From: an uncultured virus (IMG/VR IMGVR_UViG_3300021959_000026)
Taxonomy: Duplodnaviria; Heunggongvirae; Uroviricota; Caudoviricetes
Length of the DNA: 20,000 nucleotides
Strand: one strand, 5' to 3'
IMG/VR virus record: IMGVR_UViG_3300021959_000026
The notes below the pieces were generated by a model. That model had not been told where the DNA came from and searched no databases. It worked only from the letters and a program-made list of their open reading frames with translations. This document shows, piece after piece, positions 1 through 9,035 of the stretch (position 1 is its first letter; each line of letters begins with the position of its first letter). The translations under genes and the position numbers were made by a program.

Positions 1-513
1 CCAAAAAGAGTTGCAATACTTGCTGGGTGGTACTCACAATATATCATTCCTCTTTTGATAGAACACGGTGTTGAGTTCATTTATAATTTTGAAATTGATC
101 GTGACGCTAAAGACATATCTTACAAGTTTAATAAAAGATATAAGGATCAAGAGAAATACGAATGTCACATAACGGATGTTATGTTTGAAAAAATTGCTAA
201 AAAAGAAGAAAAGTTTGGAGTCTTTGATCTTATTATAAACACTTCCTGTGAACATATGTATCCCATGCATAGATTTCGTAAAATTAATACAAGTGTTTCT
301 AGTGATGGTCACGGTTATGGTTCTGATGCGGTATTCGGTGGTGATCCAATATATGTTTTGCAATCTACAAACGAGGATAAATATGAGGACCACATCAATT
401 GCGTGAGTGGTCCAGAAGAACTTGCAGAACAGGCGAAACTGATTGATGTTGTATACAGCGGAACAAAGGTTCTGGACAACGGCATGAACAGATTTATGGT
501 GATTGGTAAATGA
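1..513 (+). CDS. Class I SAM-dependent methyltransferase-like protein (5'-truncated by window edge)
   Basis: Frame 1 is open from base 1 (PKRVAILAGWYSQYIIPLLIEHGVEFIYNFEIDRDA...), so the gene starts upstream of the window. It has a motif I-like 'VAILAGWY', an acidic end of beta-2 'NFEID' and 'FDLIINTSCEHM', which fit a Rossmann MTase fold seen in T4-like phage proteins. The stop overlaps the next ATG (ATGA, 510-513). Confidence 0.65.
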   Translation, partial: PKRVAILAGWYSQYIIPLLIEHGVEFIYNFEIDRDAKDISYKFNKRYKDQEKYECHITDVMFEKIAKKEEKFGVFDLIINTSCEHMYPMHRFRKINTSVSSDGHGYGSDAVFGGDPIYVLQSTNEDKYEDHINCVSGPEELAEQAKLIDVVYSGTKVLDNGMNRFMVIGK

Positions 514-1208
514 AAAAAAATAAAATCGTAGATTGGTGTAGAGATAATGATGTCTGGTATCTCAAGATGGACATAGAGATACCAGAGGTTTGCATTCAAG
601 AAGCACAAGCAGTATATGATGAGGGGTTCTTTGTAGATCATAGATATGGTGATGGAGATGGTTGGTGTTCTGCGGCCATACACAGTTTTGTGGAGAAAGG
701 TTCTGACCCATCACTAGGGTGGTATCACACAAAAAATCCAAATGGTCATGGATTAACTGAGGATACTGTTGATTGGGGATGGACAGAGGTTGCAGAGGTC
801 GCACCTGAGACTAAAAGATGGTTGGAAGATTTTCCACACAGAAATTATCGACGTTTGCGATTTATGTTATTGGAACCGAATGGAACAATTGAAGCACATA
901 ACGATTCAAATGAGAAAAGAGACAAAGAAGGTAGGACAAGAAACATTGCTGGCGCAATCAATCTAGCCTTCTATCAACCAGAGAATTGTTATCTGAGACG
1001 CACAGACACAAAGGAAGAGTTGCCATTTGAAAACTGCACTGGGTTTTGGTTTGACAATGGCGTAAATCATGAAGCATTAAATAGTTCAAACGAGAATAGG
1101 TTCCACTTCATTATGCACGGTGGTTTCAATAAGGAACGTGAAGAACTTATGAAGAGGTCGTTAGTCAAACAGTTTGGTAAAGATGTATTGAGAGAGATCA
1201 ATGAATAG
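510..1208 (+). CDS. 2OG-Fe(II) oxygenase, aspartyl/asparaginyl beta-hydroxylase-like family
   Basis: 'RLRFMLLEPNGTIEAHND' gives the HxD iron ligands, and 'FWFDNGVNHEALNSSNENRFHFIMH' gives the distal His and the 2OG-binding Arg. This is the pattern of the Asp/Asn beta-hydroxylase DSBH domain. Confidence 0.8.
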   Translation: MKKNKIVDWCRDNDVWYLKMDIEIPEVCIQEAQAVYDEGFFVDHRYGDGDGWCSAAIHSFVEKGSDPSLGWYHTKNPNGHGLTEDTVDWGWTEVAEVAPETKRWLEDFPHRNYRRLRFMLLEPNGTIEAHNDSNEKRDKEGRTRNIAGAINLAFYQPENCYLRRTDTKEELPFENCTGFWFDNGVNHEALNSSNENRFHFIMHGGFNKEREELMKRSLVKQFGKDVLREINE

Positions 1209-2487
1209 CTTTGATGAATTTGTTACCCTGTGGGTGGGTGAAACACATAATAAAAAAATATACAAGAGATTTAAAGATATGTTGTTTCTGGTAGTTTATC
1301 CAGACAAACTAAAGTGGGATTTTGGAATAGAGAAACAAACCCAAACTACTACATTTATGATTTCTGGTGGGGCAACTGGTTCGGGTACTGGACACGATGT
1401 TCATTTTTGTTATAGAAGTGAAGTTCATGATGTTCTTTTAAATTGTGATCATACCCATGCTATGATTGTATCAGTTGGTATGGTATTTGATATGGTATCT
1501 GGTGGTCCAGAGAAAAGACAAACACCGATAACAGACTTCTATGATTTTGTGGAGAGTGGTAAGTTTTGCAAAGCACACATAATGGCAAAACCAGACCGTA
1601 AAGCATATTTTCACCATCAACATATGAATTTAAATTTGACAATGTGGAAGGATATTGGAGCTCCAGATATGTCTGATAGATATGATGTTATTAAACGATC
1701 CCCCGACAATTTCCATGATGACTATACCCCGCCATGGATTGAGATAGAAGGGATGCCTACTATCACGAATTTTACCCATTCTGAAAGATCAAGGAAATCT
1801 TTTTCATATTATAGAGATCATCAGACTGAAGCTTGGAAAGACCTTGATAATGTAGATTTAAATGACTACTATTTTAGTAGATTTATGACAAGAATACGAA
1901 AACAATTTTATATAGAGAATACAGAAAGAGTTGGAGAACTACCCACGGAAAAATTTGATATTATATTTTCTACTACGGCAGGTCAACGTGCTGCACTAAT
2001 TGTAGACAGATTGGATTTTGACGGTGAGGTTGTGTTGTTTGATTATTGTCAAGAAAATTTGGATATAAAACAAATGATTGTAGAAATGAACATGTCTTTA
2101 AAGGAAATTGGTTATTACAGTAAAAGACTTACTCACAATATGGTAATGCCTGATTCTATTTCATCTAAAAATGCAAAGCGAGATATGCCTGCATTTGAAG
2201 ATTTGAGAAAATTAGAACAAAAAATGCACAATGATTATGACATTGAATACTGGTTGATGGACTTGATATCACCAAATTATGACAGACTCTTGAAAAAAAT
2301 TAAAGGTAAAACTATATTTTTTGACGCAACTAACATTTTCTGTTATCACATGTCACACGCATATTATACTCTAGATGAATTGGTGAATGCGTATAATAAC
2401 TTACTGGATGTTTTAAAACACGCAGATGGAGCTTATTTACGAGGATGGACTCCAACAAAACAGAGATATGATAAATGGATATCGTAG
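1201..2487 (+). CDS. Hypothetical protein, 428 aa; possibly two domains, with a Rossmann/MTase-like C-terminal half
   Basis: Long ORF overlapping both neighbours. The C-terminal half has 'IIFSTTAG...VVLFDYCQENL...LMDL...IFFDATNIF', resembling SAM-binding fold strands. The N-terminal half has 'RSPDNFHDDYTPPWI'. The ORF is solid; the function is a weak inference. Confidence 0.55.
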   Translation: MNSFDEFVTLWVGETHNKKIYKRFKDMLFLVVYPDKLKWDFGIEKQTQTTTFMISGGATGSGTGHDVHFCYRSEVHDVLLNCDHTHAMIVSVGMVFDMVSGGPEKRQTPITDFYDFVESGKFCKAHIMAKPDRKAYFHHQHMNLNLTMWKDIGAPDMSDRYDVIKRSPDNFHDDYTPPWIEIEGMPTITNFTHSERSRKSFSYYRDHQTEAWKDLDNVDLNDYYFSRFMTRIRKQFYIENTERVGELPTEKFDIIFSTTAGQRAALIVDRLDFDGEVVLFDYCQENLDIKQMIVEMNMSLKEIGYYSKRLTHNMVMPDSISSKNAKRDMPAFEDLRKLEQKMHNDYDIEYWLMDLISPNYDRLLKKIKGKTIFFDATNIFCYHMSHAYYTLDELVNAYNNLLDVLKHADGAYLRGWTPTKQRYDKWIS

Positions 2488-3179
2488 CAGTTCGTATCGG
2501 TGATAAGTATGGTCCAGAGTATGAGACATACCTAGAGAACAAGTTACCAGAGTATAACTTTATCTGGGTTCATGAACCATATCATCCAGACGTAACTTTG
2601 CAGTGGAACAAGATGTGGGGTATGCAGATGGACACTGATGAACCTATCTGTGTAATGGACATTGATATTTTGCTTGTGGGTGAATATAAAAAGGTATTTG
2701 ACTATCCAATAAAGCCGGGACAGTTTCTTGCAATGCCGGGGTGGTGGAGAAATGATTCCGACACTTATGAGATTAATGGTGGGTTCTTTAAATACTACCC
2801 AAAGGAATGCAAATATATCTATGATAAGTTCATGGAAGACATTCATCATTGGCAACAATTCTATATTAAGAATGGACAGACTAGTGGGCCTGTTAATGGT
2901 GAACAATACTTTGTAGAGGATAACTTGAGGGAAAGACTAGAATTGATCACACTACCTAAAGAGTGGTTTACCAGATGGGTTGCTGATGATAAAGTAATTG
3001 ATTTTAAAAATAACAGAACTTGGCAATACAAAATGACTGAGAGATATAAAAAGGTGACAGGAAACGATTGGATATATATGGGTGGGGAGTTTCATCCTGA
3101 TATAAAGTTTGTGCATTTCACAAACCACAGAAACAAACCACATGAATGGAGAGACTATGAAAGTTTTCGCAGCAACTAG
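2475..3179 (+). CDS. GT-A fold glycosyltransferase / nucleotide-diphospho-sugar transferase
   Basis: N-terminal 'VAVRIGDKYGPEY', 'WNKM', a DxD motif 'VMDIDILL', then 'INGGFF', 'GEQYFV' and C-terminal 'IKFVHFT...KPHE'. This is the motif series of GT8-like phage glycosyltransferases. Confidence 0.75.
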   Translation: MDIVAVRIGDKYGPEYETYLENKLPEYNFIWVHEPYHPDVTLQWNKMWGMQMDTDEPICVMDIDILLVGEYKKVFDYPIKPGQFLAMPGWWRNDSDTYEINGGFFKYYPKECKYIYDKFMEDIHHWQQFYIKNGQTSGPVNGEQYFVEDNLRERLELITLPKEWFTRWVADDKVIDFKNNRTWQYKMTERYKKVTGNDWIYMGGEFHPDIKFVHFTNHRNKPHEWRDYESFRSN

Positions 3180-3927
3180 CTCTTCCTCAGATAGTGTCGC
3201 TATGTTGTACAAACTTCTCACTGAAACTAAAGATGATGTGATATCAAGGATACTTCACCTAGACGCATCTGATCAGGATTTAGCACAGTATCCTATTGTC
3301 TGTAATTGGTTGAAAGAAAATGTTCGTGATTTTGATTTTGATTTTTCAGAGTTTGAAGATCGTGCTAGTGATACCATGTTAGAAACTATAAGATCAAAAA
3401 ATTATAATGTTGCATTGTTGTCAGAGACGCACGATGTTGATTTGATATGTCTTGGTATAAATACATATAATTGGAGTCATTCTACTTGGTATTTTCAAAC
3501 GACAGAACCGATTGAAAATTTTTATGCAAAAGGCAATCTATATTCTAGAGTAGATCATTCCATTCTTAGAGATTACACAGATATCCCTATCGACTGGCCG
3601 TTGATGAATCGTAAAACTAAACCTATGGGTCGGTGGCAAACGTGGGAATCTTTACCACAGGAACTACAAAAATTAGTTTCTCAATGTCCTTGTGGAAAGT
3701 GTGCTAAATGTAAATGTCTGGATTGGTATAATAAAAAGAAAAATGAAGGATTTAATGCAGAAGAGCTTGATGATCTTATTATGAAAGAAGGAAAATACGG
3801 AAAATATTACACAAAAGAGGGTATTACAGAAACCAGACATGATGCTTATGCAGATCAGAAATTTCCAGTTTGGAGTCCGGCAACACCCAGTTATCAAGCA
3901 TTACCACCAAAACCTCACAATAAGTGA
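3157..3927 (+). CDS. QueC-like adenine nucleotide alpha-hydrolase (degenerate PP-loop) with Cys cluster; paralogue 1
   Basis: Start reassigned to ATG 3157, which has GGAGAG upstream. It begins MKVFAATSSSSDSVAMLYKLLTET, aligning with the SGGxDS position. It has 'CPCGKCAKCKC', and 'MGRWQTWESLPQELQKLVSQC' aligns with 'MIGRFEQYESIPEELQSLVVKC' of the 9036..9848 protein. Confidence 0.65.
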   Translation: MKVFAATSSSSDSVAMLYKLLTETKDDVISRILHLDASDQDLAQYPIVCNWLKENVRDFDFDFSEFEDRASDTMLETIRSKNYNVALLSETHDVDLICLGINTYNWSHSTWYFQTTEPIENFYAKGNLYSRVDHSILRDYTDIPIDWPLMNRKTKPMGRWQTWESLPQELQKLVSQCPCGKCAKCKCLDWYNKKKNEGFNAEELDDLIMKEGKYGKYYTKEGITETRHDAYADQKFPVWSPATPSYQALPPKPHNK

Positions 3928-3948
3928 TATCCTACATAAACCAAATGT

Positions 3949-3956
3949 TATAAATA
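3949..3956 (+). promoter_or_regulatory. T4-type late promoter (gp55 sigma) TATAAATA upstream of gp13
   Basis: Exact consensus in the intergenic gap, followed by an AAGGA RBS and ATG 3976. Confidence 0.8.
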
Positions 3957-3975
3957 TATAAAAAAGGATATCTTC

Positions 3976-4797
3976 ATGGCCATACCTACAAGTAAATCAA
4001 CATTCAAAGATTATTGTTTTAGGGCACTAGGTTCTGGTGTCATTGATATTAATGTATCAGATGATCAGGCAGATGACCGTATTGATGAAGCACTACAATT
4101 CTTTGCACAGTATCACTATGACGGTATTGAGAAGATGTATCTCAAACATCTTATTACCGAGGAAGATGTCGCAAGAGGAAAAGCAAATATTTCCTCAACT
4201 GGAACGGATTCAGCTGACAGTACTATTACTGATACATTTTTAGAAGGTACTAATTTTATCCCAATGCCTTCTGCTGTTATTTCGGTTATACAGGTTTGGC
4301 CGTTCACTGATACTGGCGGTGGTAGTAGTATGTTTGATGTTAAATATCAATTACGTCTTAATGACTTGTATGACCTATCATCTACATCTGTTATTCAGTA
4401 TCAGATGGCTATGGACAACCTCGACCTTCTGGAACACATCCTTGTTGGTGAACAACCAATTCGATATAGTCAACATCAGAATCGTTTATACATAGATGCT
4501 GATTGGTCGAACGCTTTTACTGCTGGACAAGACTATATTATTGTAGAATGTTATCGCAAAATAGACCCAGCAACGTATACAGATATCTTTGACGATATAT
4601 TTCTCAAGAGATATGCAACCACACTAATCAAACAACAGTGGGGTGCAAACCTATCTAAATTCAGTGGTGTTGCAATGCTTGGTGGTGTTACTATGAATGG
4701 AGAAACTATCTATACACAGGCATTAGAGGAGAAAAATAAGTTAGAGGAACAAATCCAACTTACGTTTGAGTTGCCAGTTAATTACATGATAGGATAA
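3976..4797 (+). CDS. gp13: Neck protein gp13
   Basis: 'DYCFRALGSGVIDINVSDDQADDRIDEALQFFAQYHYDG' and 'LKRYATTLIKQQWGANLSKFSGVAMLGGVTMNG' are hallmark T4-like gp13 segments; synteny agrees. Confidence 0.95.
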   Translation: MAIPTSKSTFKDYCFRALGSGVIDINVSDDQADDRIDEALQFFAQYHYDGIEKMYLKHLITEEDVARGKANISSTGTDSADSTITDTFLEGTNFIPMPSAVISVIQVWPFTDTGGGSSMFDVKYQLRLNDLYDLSSTSVIQYQMAMDNLDLLEHILVGEQPIRYSQHQNRLYIDADWSNAFTAGQDYIIVECYRKIDPATYTDIFDDIFLKRYATTLIKQQWGANLSKFSGVAMLGGVTMNGETIYTQALEEKNKLEEQIQLTFELPVNYMIG

Positions 4798-4800
4798 TTC

Positions 4801-5757
4801 ATGGCCGTTAATAAACATTTTCATACGAGCGGCGTATCTGCAATTGCATCTGAACAATCTTTATATGCTAACTTGGTTACAGAAGCTATTCACCATAGGG
4901 GTCATGATGTGTATTATCTTGACCGTACACTTGTTGCTGAAGACAATGTTCTTGGTGAGGATTCTCTGTCTAAATTTAATACACAATCTTCTATTGAAAT
5001 GTACATGGAAGACTCTGGTGGTGGGTTTGCAGGAGAACGTGAGCTTATGTCTCAGTTTGGTTTGCAAAACCTTAGTGAAGCAACTTTCGTTGTAAGTAAA
5101 ACAAAGTTTCAAGAAAAAACAAAACAATTACAAATAGAAACGGCAACAGACTCAACATCATCTGGTTCTATCCAATTGGAATCTGGTACGGTATCTGATA
5201 GTCAAATATCCTATATTCTAAACGAAACTGATGCAACTGATGCTGACAGGCCATTTGAGGGTGATGCAATTTATCACCCAACACTAAAGAAATTGTTTCA
5301 GATTAACTTTGTTGATCATGATAATCCTTTTCACCAGTTAGATAGTAATCCTGTTTATAAATTAAAATGTCGTCTGTTTGATTATGGTTCAGAAGAACTC
5401 AGTACTGGTATTGCTGAAATTGATGCAATCGCAGGCGATCTATCAATTTCAAATTCTGATTTTCAGTTTACACTTGAAAATGAAAGTATTATTGGTCAGC
5501 CACTTACAATAGGTATGAGTGGATTTACTTTAGATGCAACGAATGTTACCCTTGACCAAACACAAATTAACGAAGACCCAGATTCATATGGTGAAAGGTT
5601 AATACTTGAAAATGGTAGTTTCCTTATATCGGAAGAATATATAATTGGTGATGGTGTCACTGATAAAACTGCTCAGAACGAGTTGTTTGATGACTTAGAT
5701 GATACTGTTCTAGACTTTAGTGAGTCAAATCCATTTGGTGATGCAGGAGGATTATAA
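4801..5757 (+). CDS. gp14: Neck / head-completion protein gp14, copy 1
   Basis: 'SEQSLYANLVTEAI..GHDVYYLDR', 'RPFEGDAIYHP..KKLFQINFVDHDNPFHQL...VYKLKCRLFDY' and C-terminal 'LDFSESNPFG'; it follows gp13. Confidence 0.92.
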   Translation: MAVNKHFHTSGVSAIASEQSLYANLVTEAIHHRGHDVYYLDRTLVAEDNVLGEDSLSKFNTQSSIEMYMEDSGGGFAGERELMSQFGLQNLSEATFVVSKTKFQEKTKQLQIETATDSTSSGSIQLESGTVSDSQISYILNETDATDADRPFEGDAIYHPTLKKLFQINFVDHDNPFHQLDSNPVYKLKCRLFDYGSEELSTGIAEIDAIAGDLSISNSDFQFTLENESIIGQPLTIGMSGFTLDATNVTLDQTQINEDPDSYGERLILENGSFLISEEYIIGDGVTDKTAQNELFDDLDDTVLDFSESNPFGDAGGL

Positions 5758-6599
5758 TGACTACAGGACAAGTTATTTCATCTGAACAATCACTATATGC
5801 AAACTTGATTGCAGAAGCAATTCAAATTCACGGACATGATGTATATTATCTTGACCGCACACTGGTTGCAGAAGATACAGTTCTGGGAGAGGATTCTTTA
5901 TCTAAGTTTAACACTCAGGCTCCTATAGAAATGTATATGGAAAATTCTGATGGTGGATATGCGGGTGAACAAGAAGTGATAACTCAGTTTGGTTTAGAAA
6001 ATCTAAGTGAAGCAACTTTTGTAGTTAGTAAGGTAAGATTTCAAGAAAAGACAAAACAAATACAAATTGAAGATGGTACAGATTCAACATCGTCTGGTTC
6101 AATTCTTTTAGAATCTGGGTCAATAGCAACATCTAAACTGGAAGGCGAAACATTTTATATTCTAAATGAAACGGATGCGACTGATGCTGATAGACCTTTA
6201 GAGGGTGACGCAATTTATCATCCACTACTTAAAAAATTATTTGAAATTAACTTTGTAGATCATGATGATCCTTTTCATCAACTTGATACCAATCCAGTAT
6301 ATAAAATGCGATGCCGACTGTTTGATTATGGTTCAGAAGCACTCGACACAGGTATTACAGATATTGATGCGATTGAAGATTCTCTCTCAATTGCAAGTCA
6401 TCAATTAAATCTTGAGGACGAAACAGGAAGTATTCTACTTGAAACTGGTGGTGACGAATATATTATACAGGAAGACTATATAGTAGGTGATGGAGTAACG
6501 GATAAGACAGCTCAAAATGAGTTGTTTGAAACATTGGATGATACGATACTGGACTTCAGTGAATCGAATCCATTTGGTGATGCAGGGAGTGCAGATTAA
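5757..6599 (+). CDS. gp14: Neck / head-completion protein gp14, copy 2 (tandem paralogue)
   Basis: Same motifs as copy 1, with about 22 differences over the first ~113 aligned residues by manual count. The ORF is intact and its start overlaps the copy 1 stop (TAATG). Confidence 0.9.
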   Translation: MTTGQVISSEQSLYANLIAEAIQIHGHDVYYLDRTLVAEDTVLGEDSLSKFNTQAPIEMYMENSDGGYAGEQEVITQFGLENLSEATFVVSKVRFQEKTKQIQIEDGTDSTSSGSILLESGSIATSKLEGETFYILNETDATDADRPLEGDAIYHPLLKKLFEINFVDHDDPFHQLDTNPVYKMRCRLFDYGSEALDTGITDIDAIEDSLSIASHQLNLEDETGSILLETGGDEYIIQEDYIVGDGVTDKTAQNELFETLDDTILDFSESNPFGDAGSAD

Positions 6600-6615
6600 T
6601 GAAGGAGACGGTATA

Positions 6616-7416
6616 ATGTTGGGAACCCAGTTCTACCACGAAACAATACGCAACATCGTTGTTGGTTTCGGAACAATTTTTAATAATATTCAATTAGTTC
6701 GTAAGGATAACTCTGGTGTAATTCAACAGACCATGAAAGTGCCTTTGGCATATGGTCCAAGACAGAAGTTTCTTGTTCGTCTTGCTGATGATGCAGACCT
6801 GAGTAAAGCTGCTGCGGTTACTTTACCTCGTATTGGTTTCGAAATTACGGGTCTTACATATGATCCCGGCCGAAAATTAAATCGTGTGCAGAAGTTTAAA
6901 AAAGTTAAGGGCGATAAGTCAGAACAGTTAGACACGCAATATATGCCTGTTCCTTATAATATTGATTTTGAACTTTACATTCTTGCAAAACAGTCGGATG
7001 ATGCTCTACAAATTGTTGAACAAATTCTTCCTTACTTTCAACCAGACTACACGATCACGATGAATGATAACGCTGATATGGGTGTCAAAAAAGACATTCC
7101 CGTTATTCTCAACAGTATTTCTTACGAGGATGATTATCAGGGAGACTTTACGACAAGAAGAGCTATCATTTATACATTGTCTTTCACATGTAAATTTTAT
7201 CTCTATGGTCCTGTTACATCCAGTAAGGTTATCAAGACGGTACAGGTTGATGCATACACTGATATGCCTGACCAATCACCAACACGACAACAGAGACTTA
7301 CTGTCACGCCAAACCCAACCAGTGCTGATGCTGATGACGATTTTGGTTTCAATGAGGTTCATTCTTTCTTTGAAGATGCGAAGACTCACAATCCAGTGAC
7401 GGGTGAGGATGAGTGA
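6616..7416 (+). CDS. gp15: Tail sheath stabiliser / tail completion protein gp15
   Basis: Start reassigned to ATG 6616 (AAGGAG RBS). 'MLGTQFYHETIRNIVVGFGTIFNNI', 'KVPLAYGPRQKFL', 'MPVPYNIDFEL' and 'DDALQIVEQILPYFQP' are gp15 hallmarks. Confidence 0.95.
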   Translation: MLGTQFYHETIRNIVVGFGTIFNNIQLVRKDNSGVIQQTMKVPLAYGPRQKFLVRLADDADLSKAAAVTLPRIGFEITGLTYDPGRKLNRVQKFKKVKGDKSEQLDTQYMPVPYNIDFELYILAKQSDDALQIVEQILPYFQPDYTITMNDNADMGVKKDIPVILNSISYEDDYQGDFTTRRAIIYTLSFTCKFYLYGPVTSSKVIKTVQVDAYTDMPDQSPTRQQRLTVTPNPTSADADDDFGFNEVHSFFEDAKTHNPVTGEDE

Positions 7417-8233
7417 TAACATGTTTCATTATGCAGATGTGCCTTTATCGGTAATTGATAATCTAATAAATTTAGAAGAAGAGTTACAAGTATTAAATCG
7501 GACTCGAAAATTTGCGTATGAAAGTAAAGAAAATTATTTGGGATATAGAAAAATATCCGACAGTGGGTTGCCAATAGATAAAATGAGTGATTCAATGCAG
7601 GGTCACACTAATTTAGAAATTTTCACTGAAGATGAAAAGGATAGTTCACGCAAACTTTTCAATGAAATTCTAAAACCAATTATTGGATATGAACCAAATA
7701 CTCAAGGTAGGTATGGGTATTACAAAGAACCAATTCATATACACAATGATGGTGAAAATTATCTGGGCGATGATTGGAAATCGCATAACAGAACAGGACA
7801 AAAACCTCGGCCTGCAAACACAACAATATTCTTTCCACTAAGATGTTACAAAGAAGATGGAAGTACGGGAACAACTGAGACTGTATACTTTGATCAAAAA
7901 ACTCCTTGGTCTGCAAAATCTGGAATTGATATTGAGAATGACGATCAAAAGTTTTATAGAAAACATGGCACAACTGGGTGGCAATTAGATTATGATTACA
8001 GTGATTTAGTAGGATACACTAACAAACCTTTTGATTCAGATGTTTGGGTAGAACACCTACAACACCACCCAATTGAGATGTTACATGGGTTTAGTTTTGC
8101 AGCATCTATTCCTTGGAATATTGGTCAGGTTTTGATGTTTGAGACTTCAAGAATTCACTGTAGTTCTTATATGGAAGATTGTTTTGGTAAAGACTGTTTT
8201 CTTGTGAAGGTCAACACAAATTTATGGAATTGA
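7409..8233 (+). CDS. Putative 2OG-Fe(II) oxygenase / DSBH-fold protein
   Basis: 'EPIHIHNDG' (HxD), 'TTIFFPL', 'TVYFDQ' and distal 'WNIGQVLMFETSRIHCSS' (His), followed by a Lys at the usual 2OG-binding position. The start is uncertain (7403, 7409 or 7421). Confidence 0.6.
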   Translation: MSDNMFHYADVPLSVIDNLINLEEELQVLNRTRKFAYESKENYLGYRKISDSGLPIDKMSDSMQGHTNLEIFTEDEKDSSRKLFNEILKPIIGYEPNTQGRYGYYKEPIHIHNDGENYLGDDWKSHNRTGQKPRPANTTIFFPLRCYKEDGSTGTTETVYFDQKTPWSAKSGIDIENDDQKFYRKHGTTGWQLDYDYSDLVGYTNKPFDSDVWVEHLQHHPIEMLHGFSFAASIPWNIGQVLMFETSRIHCSSYMEDCFGKDCFLVKVNTNLWN

Positions 8234-8236
8234 ACC

Positions 8237-9019
8237 ATGAAAATACTCATACCATTTTCAGGCGGTATCAACTCTACATACTCACTTTATCGTTGGTTAA
8301 CTGAAACTGACGCTGATGTTTTTGTTCGATATGGATTTGATCAATTTGAAAATGATGACTACCGTTCAGAAGAACTTGAGAGAGTTCAAAATGTATCACA
8401 CTTCCTCAAAAAACAATATCGTAATTTTAATTTAGAAATGGGTGAGTTTCCCAAAAAATATGTCGAAGAGCGTATTCCTATTCGGTCAGGATTTAAAAAA
8501 GGAAAATTTAATATTGGTGCGCTTAAGCCAAGATATTTTGGAATTACTAAATGGTGTTTTGAAACCAATGTTGATGCAGTATCAATTGGTGTGTCTTTAG
8601 AAAATACCTCAACACAGGGTTATGAATTGAGTCGTCGGGAATCTGGTATTGAAAATATTGGTGTTGATATATATTTGGGCGGTGTGCGAGAGTTAGTTCC
8701 AGTGTCCACTGGAGATGATTTCAACTATGATGAGATTGCAAAACATATGGTGGGTCGGTTTGAACAATATGAGTTCTTACCAAAAGAGTTGCGAGATTTG
8801 TGTGTTAGATATAATTCAGAGAGTCGTAATGGGCGTGAAATGGCCTATTGGAGAACCTATAAAATATTTGTTGAAGAGGGCAAGACAGGAAGAGACTTTG
8901 ATTTGTATTGTGCCAAACACGGCAGCTATGGTCCTTGGAGACATGAAGCTGATCCAGAAACTTATATGTATAGGGGTCGAGGTGAGGATGGAAATTTACA
9001 TTATTTACTTTATGAATAA
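8237..9019 (+). CDS. QueC-like PP-loop protein; paralogue 2 (no Cys cluster)
   Basis: N-terminal 'MKILIPFSGGINSTYSLY' is a PP-loop with D->N relative to SGGxDS. It is colinear with 9036..9848. Confidence 0.7.
   Translation: MKILIPFSGGINSTYSLYRWLTETDADVFVRYGFDQFENDDYRSEELERVQNVSHFLKKQYRNFNLEMGEFPKKYVEERIPIRSGFKKGKFNIGALKPRYFGITKWCFETNVDAVSIGVSLENTSTQGYELSRRESGIENIGVDIYLGGVRELVPVSTGDDFNYDEIAKHMVGRFEQYEFLPKELRDLCVRYNSESRNGREMAYWRTYKIFVEEGKTGRDFDLYCAKHGSYGPWRHEADPETYMYRGRGEDGNLHYLLYE
8846..8965 (+). repeat. 120-bp perfect direct repeat, copy A (copy B at 9651..9770)
   Basis: tattggagaacctataaaata...gatccagaaacttat is identical base for base to 9651..9770 (offset 805 bp). It encodes YWRTYKIFVEEGKTGRDFDLYCAKHGSYGPWRHEADPETY. 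Confidence 0.95.
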
Positions 9020-9035
9020 GGAAGGTTTTTGAAAA

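Noticed and set aside
6517..6615. N-terminal extensions given by the ORF track (gp15 from 6517; also 3109, 13262 and 17897 starts)
   Set aside because: They overlap upstream genes or promoters. Downstream ATGs with better RBS or motif context (6616, 3157, 13238, 17942) fit better.
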